The position numbers were made by a program, and so were the translations under genes. A DNA stretch of 64,000 nt from the NCBI GenBank assembly GCA_965644295.1, contig CBFFRP010000149.1, forward strand, positions 124,001-188,000. The letters run 5' to 3'. The stretch's first letter is position 1. The number at the start of each line of letters is the position of its first letter. Below are positions 1 to 11,682 of the stretch, piece after piece. Below the pieces are notes generated by a model, which had not been told where the DNA came from, did no database searches, and saw only the letters and a list, made by a program, of their open reading frames with translations. The DNA is from Paraphysomonas bandaiensis (Eukaryota; Protista; Chrysophyceae).

Positions 1-1595
1 ACACTGATACATGCATTGATTTGGAATTCTGATCACACTGTTTTTACATCAGGTCAATAGTTTGAAGCAGGCCGAATCAACGAACTCTGACTGTAGCGTA
101 GGACTGATTGAGAGAAAACAGCGGGAGAAATCTGTTGGGTCATTTAATAGTCTGAAGTCCTCTTCTGCGTCTGATGTGAGTGTGTGTATTTCTGAATTGA
201 AAACGTATGACAAAGTATTGGTTGTATAGAAGAGCAGGAGTGTGTTAGGTCGTTGGTATCCTAGCCAAGAAGAGCGGGAGGCTTCACTGGAACAGATTAA
301 GAGCGCCCTACGTGATGGAGTCCAGGTACTCGTTTACCCCCACGAAGGAGGGTCGCCAGAATACGCCACCCTGTTTATTGAACGCACAAATCGGCGTATT
401 CTGTGGGAGAGAGAGTCTGGATCATTGGAAGGACTCTATATCAACGACCTCGCAGAAATACGGCCGCCAACTGAGAATGCGTACACTTTCGTGGTATGAA
501 CTGCAAACTTTAAATGCGCTTGTCTATTCGAAAATCTTATGGTGTCATGAATAGAAAATGCGTGTTCCTCGTAGATGTGAAGGGAAAAATTGTTTGTTTA
601 CTCTAATTGGAAGGTGAATACGCAACACTGAGATTACTTGGACCTGTTGGTGACGTAATTTCTAAAATTTTACAGTGAAAAGGCTGTTTCTCTTGGGGCG
701 AATTCTGCTGATCAATGTAAATTTCTTGTTCGCGGACTGAAACTCATTGCCGAATGTGCCATTCCCTCTAATATAAAACATATACGTGGAAAAGAGCAAT
801 GGACATTGGTGAGTTCAATACATGCACAACTACTCTGAGATACCATTGACTGGTATACAGGGACGGTTTATGATAATAAGAGGGGGACGCCTAACTAATG
901 CGGATCTAGTGGGACTCGAAGAGTTCAAGGCTACTCTTAAGAGAGGAATAGACGTCATGGTTATTTCTAAAGGGGGAGGTAGGGATTTGTGCTTTGATGC
1001 CAGCTAACTATTTGAGTCGTCGTTTTTTTTGTATTTGCTGTTGGTAAAATAGTATTCTAATCTACCCAACATACGTCAGGTCGTCGGGATCCGAAAGTGC
1101 TATGGTTAGATTCGTCTGAGTCGCGTATTATGACAGCAACGTAAGTGTGTTCTATTTCACTGTCTGGTGTGTCTCTTCCTAACTATTCTCAGACATAAGT
1201 ACGATAAGGCGGACGGTCTATCATTTTTCAGTGGTCTTGCGGTGCGTTGTCAATGATTGTGTAAATAATAACTCATGGGGTTATAGAAATTATTGGGGTC
1301 CAATGACAAAGGGATAAACATGGATGATATATCAGGTAAGTACTTGGTCTTGATTTGTATTTCGCTTTTTGACTCCTGGTTGGTTCTCATAGAAATTCGT
1401 CCGGGCTTTCAAGCATACATGTTTTCCATTCAAGAACCTCCACCTCACCCAAAGGAGGAATCATTAGCAGTATCCATTATTGGTAGTGAATGCACTATAT
1501 CGATGCTCATGGCATCACCTCAGGTGCGAGACCTTTTTGTATCGCATTTTCAAGGGCTGCTTAAAACTATTCGTCCTACTGTATCTGTGTACTGA
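1..1595 (+). CDS. Multi-exon protein with two tandem PH-like domains (5' end outside window)
   Basis: ORF pieces 242-499, 822-1007 and 1293-1595 join through GT-AG introns. Two similar units (L.+G+.V....G / ILW or LWL / +.D+.EIRP / ++G-SE..+S+) resemble PLC-type PH folds. Stop TGA at 1593-1595. Confidence 0.5.
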
Positions 1596-1744
1596 ATAAT
1601 GGTTCTTGTCAATGAGATGTGATATTCAATAGTTTATTTACGGCAGTTTTGTTAGACTTCCTCCACCTATGTATTGTGTAAATATGTGTCGAATTATTTC
1701 TTGAAAGCAGTGTCCAACATATAGCTTGTTGAAATTATAGTTAG

Positions 1745-1974
1745 CATCGGTGGGACGAATTCGGTACCTATAGGTCGCTCTACCTACCTATAGGTCCACC
1801 GCAAGTACCTAATAGGTACCTGCCTAATAGGTCCCACCTATAGTCATGCCTAATGACCCTACCTACAGGTAGGTGCCTAGCTGTCACCACCTATAGGTAT
1901 ACCTAGCTACCCTGCCTATAGGTGATAAGAGTTAGGTACCTACCTATAGGTACTCAGCGGGAGTCCCACCGATG
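1745..1974. mobile_element. MITE-like element, 230 bp, perfect 12-bp TIRs
   Basis: CATCGGTGGGAC (1745-1756) and GTCCCACCGATG (1963-1974). The interior is packed with ACCTATAGGT-like palindromes. No clean TSD (TAG vs TAA). Confidence 0.65.
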
Positions 1975-2185
1975 TAAGAATCGAGTTTTAGAGTGCACCA
2001 AATATTGTTCTTCTACATGAAAACTCATATCGCACACAAAATATTTAACCCCTAAAATCTTGGTACAAATGTACATTAGTAGTGACTACATGTTATAGCA
2101 ATTTAGAAGAGCTCACAGCAATGAATACAAATTGAACTGCTTTGAAGTCTTTATTATTTACAGAGTATAAATTCTCAATCCTTAG

Positions 2186-3271
2186 CTACTTGTTCAAGCG
2201 TAAGCACGATGTGATCTGATTCTTTCCCTTCTGAGATGGCGGTGTACCACTTCTTGAGTTACATTGTATAGAGTAGTTCAAAGATACAATGTAATGAAAC
2301 CAATAAGATGGTATATACAACACCTCTCCTGTACGTACAATTGTATCTATCGCCTGCGCTTGATCAAACCCACTTGCCCGTGCCTGTCGTATATCACTCC
2401 AATCTATGATGGAATGTCGAAACGATGGATGAGAGGGGTCTGATATTATTCCCAGGAATCGACAACTCTCCGGCGGAGAGAGTACATAACGTTTAGCACC
2501 TTTCAACATCGCTACCATATTTCTTCCTGAATCGTAGTGGGACTCAGCAATTATTCCCCGCATACCGAACCTACATTGGATCCCCTTATTCGCAGCTACA
2601 TTTGTTATAAAAAAATTCGACGTCTTCGTAGTAAAGAATCCTAAATCTCGCCCCACAAAGGTAGATTTTCTCTTGTTAATTCCAGCAGGATTATTCTTTC
2701 GAAAGTAAAAGTGATCTGTGTTGGATTCAGGCTTGTCTATATCTGCTTTCCTCGCAATATGTAACCACTGAGCAAATGTCATGTCCGATCGACCAGTGGG
2801 ACGTTTGGAAGGATCCATGCTTCTCTTCTCTTTGCTGTGGCGGTAATACATGAAATGATTAGACTTTGAAGTAATGGTGTTAATGTCCTTATCCCCACTC
2901 AGCATATCTAGCAAATACGAATCGCTCCATTTCGCCACCACATCATCTACATCCGGAACATCGTATACTTTAAAAGGAACTTCAGCATCTCTAAACCGAG
3001 TAGCAATTAATCTTTCTATGGGATCACTATAATTAAACGACTGTATTGTCTCTTTATAGTTCTCTGGAATATCGGGTATATCGGGATTCCAGTCGGATAA
3101 TACAGTTAATAAACTCTTAAAGGGTGGATAGTCTACAGCAGGAGAGTGTAGTAAAGGGGGTAAATTTGATTGTTGTAATTGACGGGATGATGTGATGTAA
3201 CTTCTATTAACAGCTGCTGAGGTCGTGTAATGCAATACCAGCCATATGATTGTATTAGTGAGAGTATTCAT
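2186..3271 (-). CDS. JmjC/cupin-like (Cupin_8) 2-oxoglutarate/Fe(II) oxygenase with hydrophobic N-terminus
   Basis: Intronless 361-aa ORF with ESHYDSGRN (HxD), K in GAKRY and GEVLYIPSYWFH. Confidence 0.85.
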   Translation of the reverse strand: MNTLTNTIIWLVLHYTTSAAVNRSYITSSRQLQQSNLPPLLHSPAVDYPPFKSLLTVLSDWNPDIPDIPENYKETIQSFNYSDPIERLIATRFRDAEVPFKVYDVPDVDDVVAKWSDSYLLDMLSGDKDINTITSKSNHFMYYRHSKEKRSMDPSKRPTGRSDMTFAQWLHIARKADIDKPESNTDHFYFRKNNPAGINKRKSTFVGRDLGFFTTKTSNFFITNVAANKGIQCRFGMRGIIAESHYDSGRNMVAMLKGAKRYVLSPPESCRFLGIISDPSHPSFRHSIIDWSDIRQARASGFDQAQAIDTIVRTGEVLYIPSYWFHYIVSLNYSIQCNSRSGTPPSQKGKNQITSCLRLNK

Positions 3272-3525
3272 ATATTTCGTTGCATATACGATAACTGAAA
3301 GATGTTAAGTAGCGGCTAAAGCATATTATTATCGTCTCTGTATAGCGATAACTTTAATAAGATCCACTTATATGTATATGATTCAACTGGCTGTCTATAG
3401 ACGTACCTCCCTATCACTACATATGTACCTCGTTACATATGTCCACACACTTACATAAGTACTCCTTTCATACGTACACCTACCAGCCTACAGCACTCTA
3501 TCCCTCTCCATATCGGACATATACT

Positions 3526-3648
3526 GCATCTTATTTTTCGGAAATAAATTGAAGTAAATATACTCTGTACTACTGCAATAAACTACGGCTGGTATACACA
3601 TAATTGTTGCCTCAATATACGAGGCATCTTGGAACAAAAATACACAAA
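3526..3648 (-). repeat. ~130-bp dispersed repeat, copy 1 (inverted, one end truncated)
   Basis: Reverse complement aligns with 32919-33048 and 35657-35786 (TATTTTTGTTC..ATGCCTC..ATATTGAG.CAACAATTAT..CTTCAAT..AGATGC). Confidence 0.7.
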
Positions 3649-3843
3649 CGTCAAATATCTATCGAATGATCTGCATATAGAAAATCCCACACAGGAGAAG
3701 TAGAAGAAAGAAGCCCAACATAACTACTAGAATCAGTGTAGAGTATAATCCCCAGTACAGTATATATATACTCATATATTAGATCAGATTACGTATATCC
3801 ATTGGCCTATACAAGTCAGTGACCTTTACGAGTTGCATTCTAC

Positions 3844-5574
3844 ATGGCTGCCTTTGATGATAATGAAGAGAAGCTATGTAGATACTGTTTCGGGGATGAA
3901 ACAGATGGTCCTCTAATATCTCCCTGTCAGTGCTCAGGAGGACAGAAGTATGTACATTTAGACTGTCTCAGACGTTGGCAAAGGATGGTAATCGTCAATC
4001 AACCAACTCATCCAGCGTATTATGAGGATGATGTGCGACATCATAAGTGTAATGTATGTTTAAGTGACTATACTTGTCCTCCTCCCACTCGTGGGGAGCT
4101 CATGGAAACCTTTACGGGTTAGAGTTTGCTATATATACATTTGTGTTGGGGATAATTTTATTGTAGGTCCTGAAATTGCGGCATCTCTATTCGAGGGAAG
4201 AATTATTGCATCACGAGATATCTTCTCAGAGAGTCTCGAGCGGCAGGTGGCCGATTTCCCACCATATTTGCGACTGATAAGTAGTTACGAGCACTGGATA
4301 CGAGGAGTATATCTAATTACCTCAGTTGAGAGCGATGATGAGGAGAAGGTCATTCCTATCACTGAACCAGAGTCCCTCGACGGCTTGATGTCGAGGCTTG
4401 ACGATAATTTAGAGATGACGTTCCATGGACAGCACCTGCGATTGGTTCGAGGTGGTTCTTTGGCATCTGTGAGGGAAGACGAGGACCTACGAGCTGCGTT
4501 ACAGTCTCTACAGCTTCCTGCACGCATCGTTTTGCGGTCAACGGCGCCTATCACGTGCGCAGATGATCACATAACAGCAGTTAACATTGCTCGCACCGTC
4601 GATAGACCAGTGAGGCCCGGAATGTATCATCAAGTTTATGAAGAGGTGCGACAAAGATACCGAAGTTTATCCAGAGTAGAAGTTGTACACTACATAGGTA
4701 TGCAATTGTAGAGTTTCCGTATCGAAGATGAGTTGGAGCAATTTGTTATTTTGCTGATTGAAGTGTGTCTGTGTAAAATTGATCATTTGCTGTGTTTTGA
4801 AAGGTGGGCCTGTTGATGCAAATGAGGTGACTACTTGTATCGTTTTGGGTGGTGCTCGTCGTGGATGGACGGTGGTCAAGGACCTTAAAGATGCACTTAC
4901 CCTTGCTGTTTCCCGCGGGTATAAGAGGCACGATGGCCAAGGGGAAGTATGCTCCGGCCAAACAGTCCGCGTTACTGGCCTAGTTGCTCGGGCGGACTTG
5001 AACGGGCGCATTGGTATGGCGCTTCGTTTCCTTCCCGAAGCGGGGCGATGGGAAGTGCAATTGTGTACTGGAGAGGGAATCCGTGTGAAACCTTCTAACC
5101 TAGAAGGACAAGGAGGGGGGCACGGTAAAGTTATGGTTTTCTGGGGAGATGCGAGGTGGTCGAGAGCTCAGCTACTGGTATGTATGTCTTCAAATTGTTA
5201 TGTGGTAGTTTTGCATTATATGATATATCTATATGAGTATCAAACACTGGCGTATATTGTAAATGCAATCACAGGGTGAGATTGCTAGAGGCCACTGGGG
5301 TCTGTGTCGAGCCACGGTAGGGGAATTTGTTGCACCTCCGAGTGAAGTATGGACAGGAACTCTTATTCCAGGAAGACTAGCATTTGCTCCCGTAAGTGCT
5401 ATGACAGATGAGCTTCTCAACAACGCAGTGGCAGAGGGAGGCTCTCAGAGACAAGAGATGGAAATGGCTATGGATGAAGCACGAAGAGCCGCACAAACTG
5501 CAGCTGGAGATGGAGAGCATGAAGAAAACGACGACGAAGGCGAGCAGGTACCTACTGAGGACAGTGCAGAGTGA
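3844..5574 (+). CDS. RING-CH (RINGv) zinc-finger protein with C-terminal DUF179/AlgH-like region, about 4 exons
   Basis: CRYC..SPCQCSGGQKYVHLDCLRRW..CNVC (C4HC3). Later HYIG|GPV and VFWGDARWSRAQLL|GEIARGHW across GT-AG introns. Confidence 0.75.
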
Positions 5575-6430
5575 TAAATAATTGCCTGTTCGTAATATCT
5601 TTCTCGTCGATGTATTGTTATGTAAGTATGATGTAGCCACTAGCTTAAATGTACAACAAAGCGATACGACCAAGAGTTGTTGTGTTGTTTTGAAGAATAG
5701 TTGAATTGAAATGGTAGTCCTGTTTGATACAGAAGTAATTATTAGTACGATGAATTTTGTCTCTGAACTACATGAGTTTAATCATGCAACGGGAAGTTCA
5801 CTTTGCATCTTTGCATTACACGTTAATCTCAACAATACTAAATCATGTGGTGTTCGAGTAGTACATCTGTTGCAATTTAGAGTATACTACCTGCAATGCA
5901 GAGTTAGACTATTGGAAATGTGTAAAAATGTAAAAACTACTTGAATGCGGTACATGTAAGGGAACAACACTAGCTCGGCCGCTAACTATGTCCAACTGAT
6001 AAAGATATTGACTGGGTTTTTTCCTTATGTTTTACAGCACACTAAATAAAGTACTTGCGGCCTTTACTTTTATAATTTTCCCATTGCCTTAGTGTATTTT
6101 CTATATAAAATTATCTGTAACCTCTTTAGCTCCATTAACATATGCCACGTACACACGTACACCATGCTTTCATACATGCTGACATCCTGATAAGATTTTA
6201 TAACGGGTTGTAAAACGAGTTTCATTGAAACGACAAAATCTCATTTAAACGTCGTTAGCCATAAATCTACTCTTTACTATAAATAATAACTGCTATTAGC
6301 TATTAGTGTCCCTAAAGTCGGTATCGATTTGATTTCGATTCCGAAGCTAAATTGTTATGTGGATGAGTTGTCAGCAATTATTAATTGAGGTACGTTATAG
6401 TTGCAGTATCCTGATGTGAAATATTTTGGT

Positions 6431-6540
6431 TTTGACGAGATGAATACCATAAACACCTAACCAATCTTGACGAAATAGTTGTACCAAAATTGGCTTGACG
6501 AGATAATTCAACTGTTTAACTGGGTTGAATAATACAACTC
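6431..6540. repeat. Degenerate solitary TIR related to the MULE at 42204-53610
   Basis: TTGACGAGATAATTCAACTGTTTAACTGGGTTGAATAATAC resembles the MULE end GTGACTAGGTAATTCAACCAATTTGACTAGGTTGAATAATA. GACGAGATGAATACCA resembles GACTAGGTTGAATACCA. Confidence 0.45.
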
Positions 6541-6643
6541 AATTTGTTTCAAAGTTGTACAATGAGTCCAATTACGATTACCATATATAATCCTGCTACA
6601 TCAGCCCATACATGACAATCACTATGACACAGAACGACGCCTA

Positions 6644-7506
6644 TTAACAATCATTTTCTCCACCGATGTTCTCTTCTTCACCACCACTTTCATAATATCC
6701 ATCGGAATCTGAGTCCATGGGTGGCAGATCCATATCCCCCATATAGCTATCATCTATCATACAACCCTCGCGATGGCGGTCCCGTCGCTGTTCTTTCTCC
6801 TTCTGGTGTGCAGCAGCACTATCCATATAACCTTGTTGAATTCTTTGTACATCAGTCGACGATTCGCAAGACGCATATGCCTCGAGAGCTTCAACATTAA
6901 GGGCAAGGAACTCTTCTCCGTAACCAAAAGGCTCCATCATCATAGCAGCTTCTTCTCGGAAACCAGTGATATACAAACAAGCGCACATCGCTTCTGCTGT
7001 GTTAAGCTTATGAGGGCGACCATAATTAACTGAGTTAGCAGCCACAAGTAGTGGAAGCAGCCGCTGATTTCGACCTTTTCCCATACTATCGAAAGGTATC
7101 TCATCAAGACGATTCCACGAACAATTAATACCAGCAACACCAAAGTTTTGAACAATATCTCTGTCTGCTGGACTGACATATTCTTTGGCCTCAGATGATA
7201 GAACAACCCCTTGAAATGTTTGTCCAACACGCAACAGCTTTGCATATCCGAGACGTCTCAGTTTACTTCCACTATCTCTGAAGAGAAACTCATTAGATGG
7301 TATAATGAAACAGTATGATGTTACCTCTTCGGGTCGTTTTGACCAAACTCCCACATGTAGAGCCCTAAAGGAAACGACTGCTTCATCTCTCCCTCATTAT
7401 CACCACCAGTGCCTTCATTATCCCGTGCAATGTCACGGTCGGTTCGGACAACTATCCTGTCTGCTGAAGAGTACTTTCCACCTTTACCTTTTTTTGATTT
7501 TCCCAT
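6644..7506 (-). CDS. TSR3: 18S rRNA aminocarboxypropyltransferase TSR3 (2 exons, intron 7278-7324)
   Basis: Spliced MWEFGQNDPKR|DSGSKL, VSPADRDIV..G..GINCSW, RLLPLLVAANSVNYGRPHKLNTAEA, F.YGEEFLALN and an acidic tail. Confidence 0.92.
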
Positions 7507-7580
7507 TGCTTAAAAGTGTATAGCTATATGAAATCAACAGCAAACTTCTATAGCCAACCTCCACTGGCCTCCTCTACCAC

Positions 7581-7836
7581 CATACATACATACATACATA
7601 CATACATACATACATACATACATACATACATACATACATACATACATACATACATACATACATACATACATACATACATACATACATACATACATACATA
7701 CATACATACATACATACATACATACATACATACATACATACATACATACATACATACATACATACATACATACATACATACATACATACATACATACATA
7801 CATACATACATACATACATACATACATACATACATA
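7581..7836. repeat. (CATA)n microsatellite, about 64 copies
   Basis: Pure tetranucleotide run between two divergently transcribed genes. Confidence 0.98.
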
Positions 7837-7963
7837 AGATTTTTTTAACGGGTTGTTATTGAGTTCAATTCAAACGCTGATGGTCTCTTCTATTCTTCTT
7901 ATCTCCATATGATTTCATGCCTTCTAATCACACCCACTCTATCATATAATTCCTTCAACCACT

Positions 7964-10879
7964 ATGGGTGATTACAGTCTCCCTGATTGGGATGATTTGA
8001 ATATAGAGTCGTTACATATCACTCATTCAGAGCCAACAGATATCCGAAGAGGTTCTACCTCTACTCCAATAGAATATAAATATAAAGATGATACAATAGG
8101 AAGAATGACTTCATCTCCACGTAAGGACATATCTCCAACCACTCATAATCAGACTCGTACGGATAGAGTTACACATACAACAGAGTATCGTGATATTATT
8201 ATGAACAAAGATATGGAGATATCTCATTGTATGAATTCTATTAAAAGCGCATCTGAAGCGATTGCTCTGATGAATGATGTTGTCTCTACTATTGAAAATT
8301 ATATCAATGATGAGGGTGGAATAGACAGTAAAGTAAGTCCATGATCATTGCAATTTTATTTAGTGATTTTTGTGTTTATTATCTTTTTAAAAGCACGTAC
8401 AAAAACTATTACATCCATTGCGGGGTATACGCAACGACAACACCTCGAGCCACGAATCTGTTCCTCGGGAGGCTGTCATTCTTTCTGCCCAACTAAAGCA
8501 GTTGTCGCATGATATCCGTAGTCTACTGGGCACCATGACTGATTGCATGATGGATAGAAGTCGGATATACCAAGATCAGCTGAGGCGGATGAGAGAAGTA
8601 TCAAACTTGGCTACTCGAAATGCCATACAGGTGATTTATTATTTGGATATGTAGGGATTACATGGCTTTTTTGAAGAATTTTTTCCCATGGGTGCATGCA
8701 TTAGTGCCAGATAAATATTGACTTTGCACAGGCAGAGAAAGCAGAGTTTAGCTCGACGGTGATCCAGCTGAAGACTCTGCATGTACAAGATATGGAACAA
8801 GCAGCAGCTGAGCGCGCCCGCATTCACGCTGAGGCTGAGGATCGCATCCAAGAAGTACTCAAGCAACTCGACGAGGTACAAGAGGAAAACGCTCGTTTAC
8901 GGGGCGCGGACGAGCGAGCTGCTGATGTGGAGGAGCAAATATCAGCAGCGATTCAGCGGGCACGCAGAGAGGAAGCTGCTTTACAAGATGAGCGAATGAA
9001 GGAGTTAAGGGAGCATTACGAACAGCATCTGAAAGATGCAGACCGTGATGCTGAAAGAAGACTTAAAGAGGCTGAGGAATCGTATAAGGTATGTAGATAT
9101 TAGAGTATTACTGCTCTGACACGACTTCAGGACAAGTTAGATATGCAGGCAAAACATCATGAGAAAATGTATGAGTTGATCGTATCGGAGCGAGAGCGCA
9201 AAGAAGAGGAGTGCGCTCAACTGCGGGCTACTATATCTGATCTAAAGGATGAGGTGTGTATTGGGAGTGATACCATGCCCAATAATAATATTGTCCGGGA
9301 TTCAGATATCTGTGGAAAAGGACAAACACCTACAGGAACTTGCAGACGAGAGACAAAAGCAGCAAGTTGAGAGAGACCAACTTAGTGCAGAGCATATTCA
9401 AGTGGTAGCAGCGGTGAAGGCCGAACTGACAGCTAAGATAAGACAGATGAAGGTACGAACAGTGTACGCAAAATAAGACCATTCTGACTAATGAATTCGT
9501 AGATCGAGGAGCGAAATCGTATAGAGGATGTGGAGGTGCGATATGCTCGTGAAAAGGAGCAGATAGAAGCTGCACATGCGGCGGAAAGCGATCGTATGGT
9601 AAATCAGCACCGGCGGGCTCTACAGCAACAGCGGGTGTGTTTTCCTCACGTATGCTAGATGAATCGTTGTTAATAGTATTTTGTCATAGGCTCAGCTGGA
9701 GGTAAGACTGGAAGAGGAGTTACAGTCAGCTAAACGTCGTCACGACAACGTGAGTTCAATTTATTTTTTGCATTCACTTATACTTCTGAAAGTGTCGTTT
9801 CACAGGAAACCAGACGGTTTACTTCTGAAATCGATAGACTCAGACGTGTCGTGGCAAGAAAAGGGATGGGTGATGACGGTGTTGAAGAAACCGATTTCGG
9901 CAGGAGCCAATTGCATAGAAGTACTGTTCAATCCCAATCTAACACCTGGAGAGATTTTAGCCGAACACTCCGACCCTCGGGATACACCAAGTCTTTCGGA
10001 GCTATCAATGAAATACGGTCGCCCGAAAGACGACCAGAATCAATTGCCCAGGAACCGAATTCAGCACACCGTGGGAGCCGTAGTGTCATGGGAGAGGAGT
10101 CCTTCGTTGGTACGACGAACGATGGTGATGACAAACAGACACAATCGACAGACAGAGACACTGTTGAGAGCTTGCTTCTTCCAAAAGGCAGTCCAGGGTC
10201 ACCAGTGGGGAAGTCTAAGTCATCTCTTAACTGGGGGGCCCTGAACGAGTCCATCGCCATGCAGGTAGTATATAACGTTAATATCGGTTCTGAAATCATT
10301 TGTTTTCTATTTAGGAGTCTGATTTTGTTAAGGAATCAGGGCGAGGCCAGGATCATTCGGTGAGACAAAGCGATGTTCGGCCTTCCGGCACAAGCTCACG
10401 TACCCCATCTCGATCCCGAGTGCTTGATGTTCGAAGCAGCGTGGATAGTCTTGGAGCTCCACCACCACCTCCTCCAGACGCTTTTGATGTGGATGTTGCC
10501 TGGGAAACGTCTAAGCAGCGCGACCATAACGTAGGATCTAATGCCGCGAAAGTTGGAAAGTACATGAAACAACTACAGAAGTACCTTGAGGTGTGGTTTC
10601 TCAGTATGGTCGATTTATATTTTTCACACTATATAGGGGGATATCGACACCGGTATGTCTGATACATTCTTCTCGTCCACAATGGATGAAGAAGGTGGTG
10701 ATTTGCCGGAGGATTTGATGCGTATTGCTGGAGAATTTACATTGAGGTATGTACGTGTTATCGTTTCCACAGAGTTTGTTTAATACTTTTATTGTAGAAA
10801 CGATATTGGTACTGATGGTAGCGATGAAAATAATTTTACTGACATGCTGGATGAAGTCGATAGTTTAGATGGTGAATAA
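7964..10879 (+). CDS. Multi-exon coiled-coil protein, unknown function
   Basis: Successive ORF segments rich in E/Q/R/A heptads (8759-9476) joined by short GT-AG introns. Low-complexity and acidic C-terminus. Stop TAA at 10877-10879. Confidence 0.65.
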
Positions 10880-11388
10880 TTAATGTTATTTGTTTTTCAG
10901 TGCTGGAGAATTATGAATATTAACCCACAATTTCTAGATTGATATATTTCTAGTGGTTCCTAGTTATTAATAATAGGAGTTTCGATGATATTAGAATTAA
11001 TGAGCTAATTTTTTCCAAAATATATAACTATTCTCATTTCGATTTCAGTACGTTCAAATTAAGTTATATGTGTCTAGTATCCTAATTGAGTTTATATTTT
11101 ATGATAACACCACTGCTTTGTCGAGATTTGAGATTATCTAGTGAAGATCTAGTATTTGTTGTTACAGTTTAATTCTATAATCTTATATATAATTTATAAT
11201 GAAGTCATGTTTTCTCTCGTTCTGTTGGAATACGTATGGTTCTCTAAGATAGTACTGTAGAATACGATAAATACAATGTGAAAAACAGTAATACGTAGTC
11301 AATAGGCAAAGGTGCTATATAGCTATAACTGTGAAACTGAAGTATTATATCATGACGATTCAAGATACGGAAGTTGAGCAGTGGTTGA

Positions 11389-11682
11389 TATTAGAATATG
11401 GATCTTATTCTAGTATATTCAGTATGTCACTTCAAGACAATGTACGAGAATACAGTGAAATATAGTGATGTACAAATGCTGTGATGATATTGAGAAACTG
11501 AAATAGTGTGATCGTTCAAGATATGTTCAGTAACGAGAGGTTCGCATATGTAGGATATTATGCAGGGATTATAATGAGTTAGTGTTGGTTATCACAACTT
11601 CGTGTAAACGATATTAATAAATCTATCTAGTCTTACGACAAATTCTCTCTGTGATCTAGTGTAAAATGAGCGTTTCTCAATA
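11389..11682 (+). repeat. 5' LTR (TATT...AATA)
   Basis: Appears identical to 16607-16900. Confidence 0.95.

Noticed and set aside
7516-7848. ORFs of (HTYI)n / (MYVC)n
   Set aside because: Translations of the CATA microsatellite.
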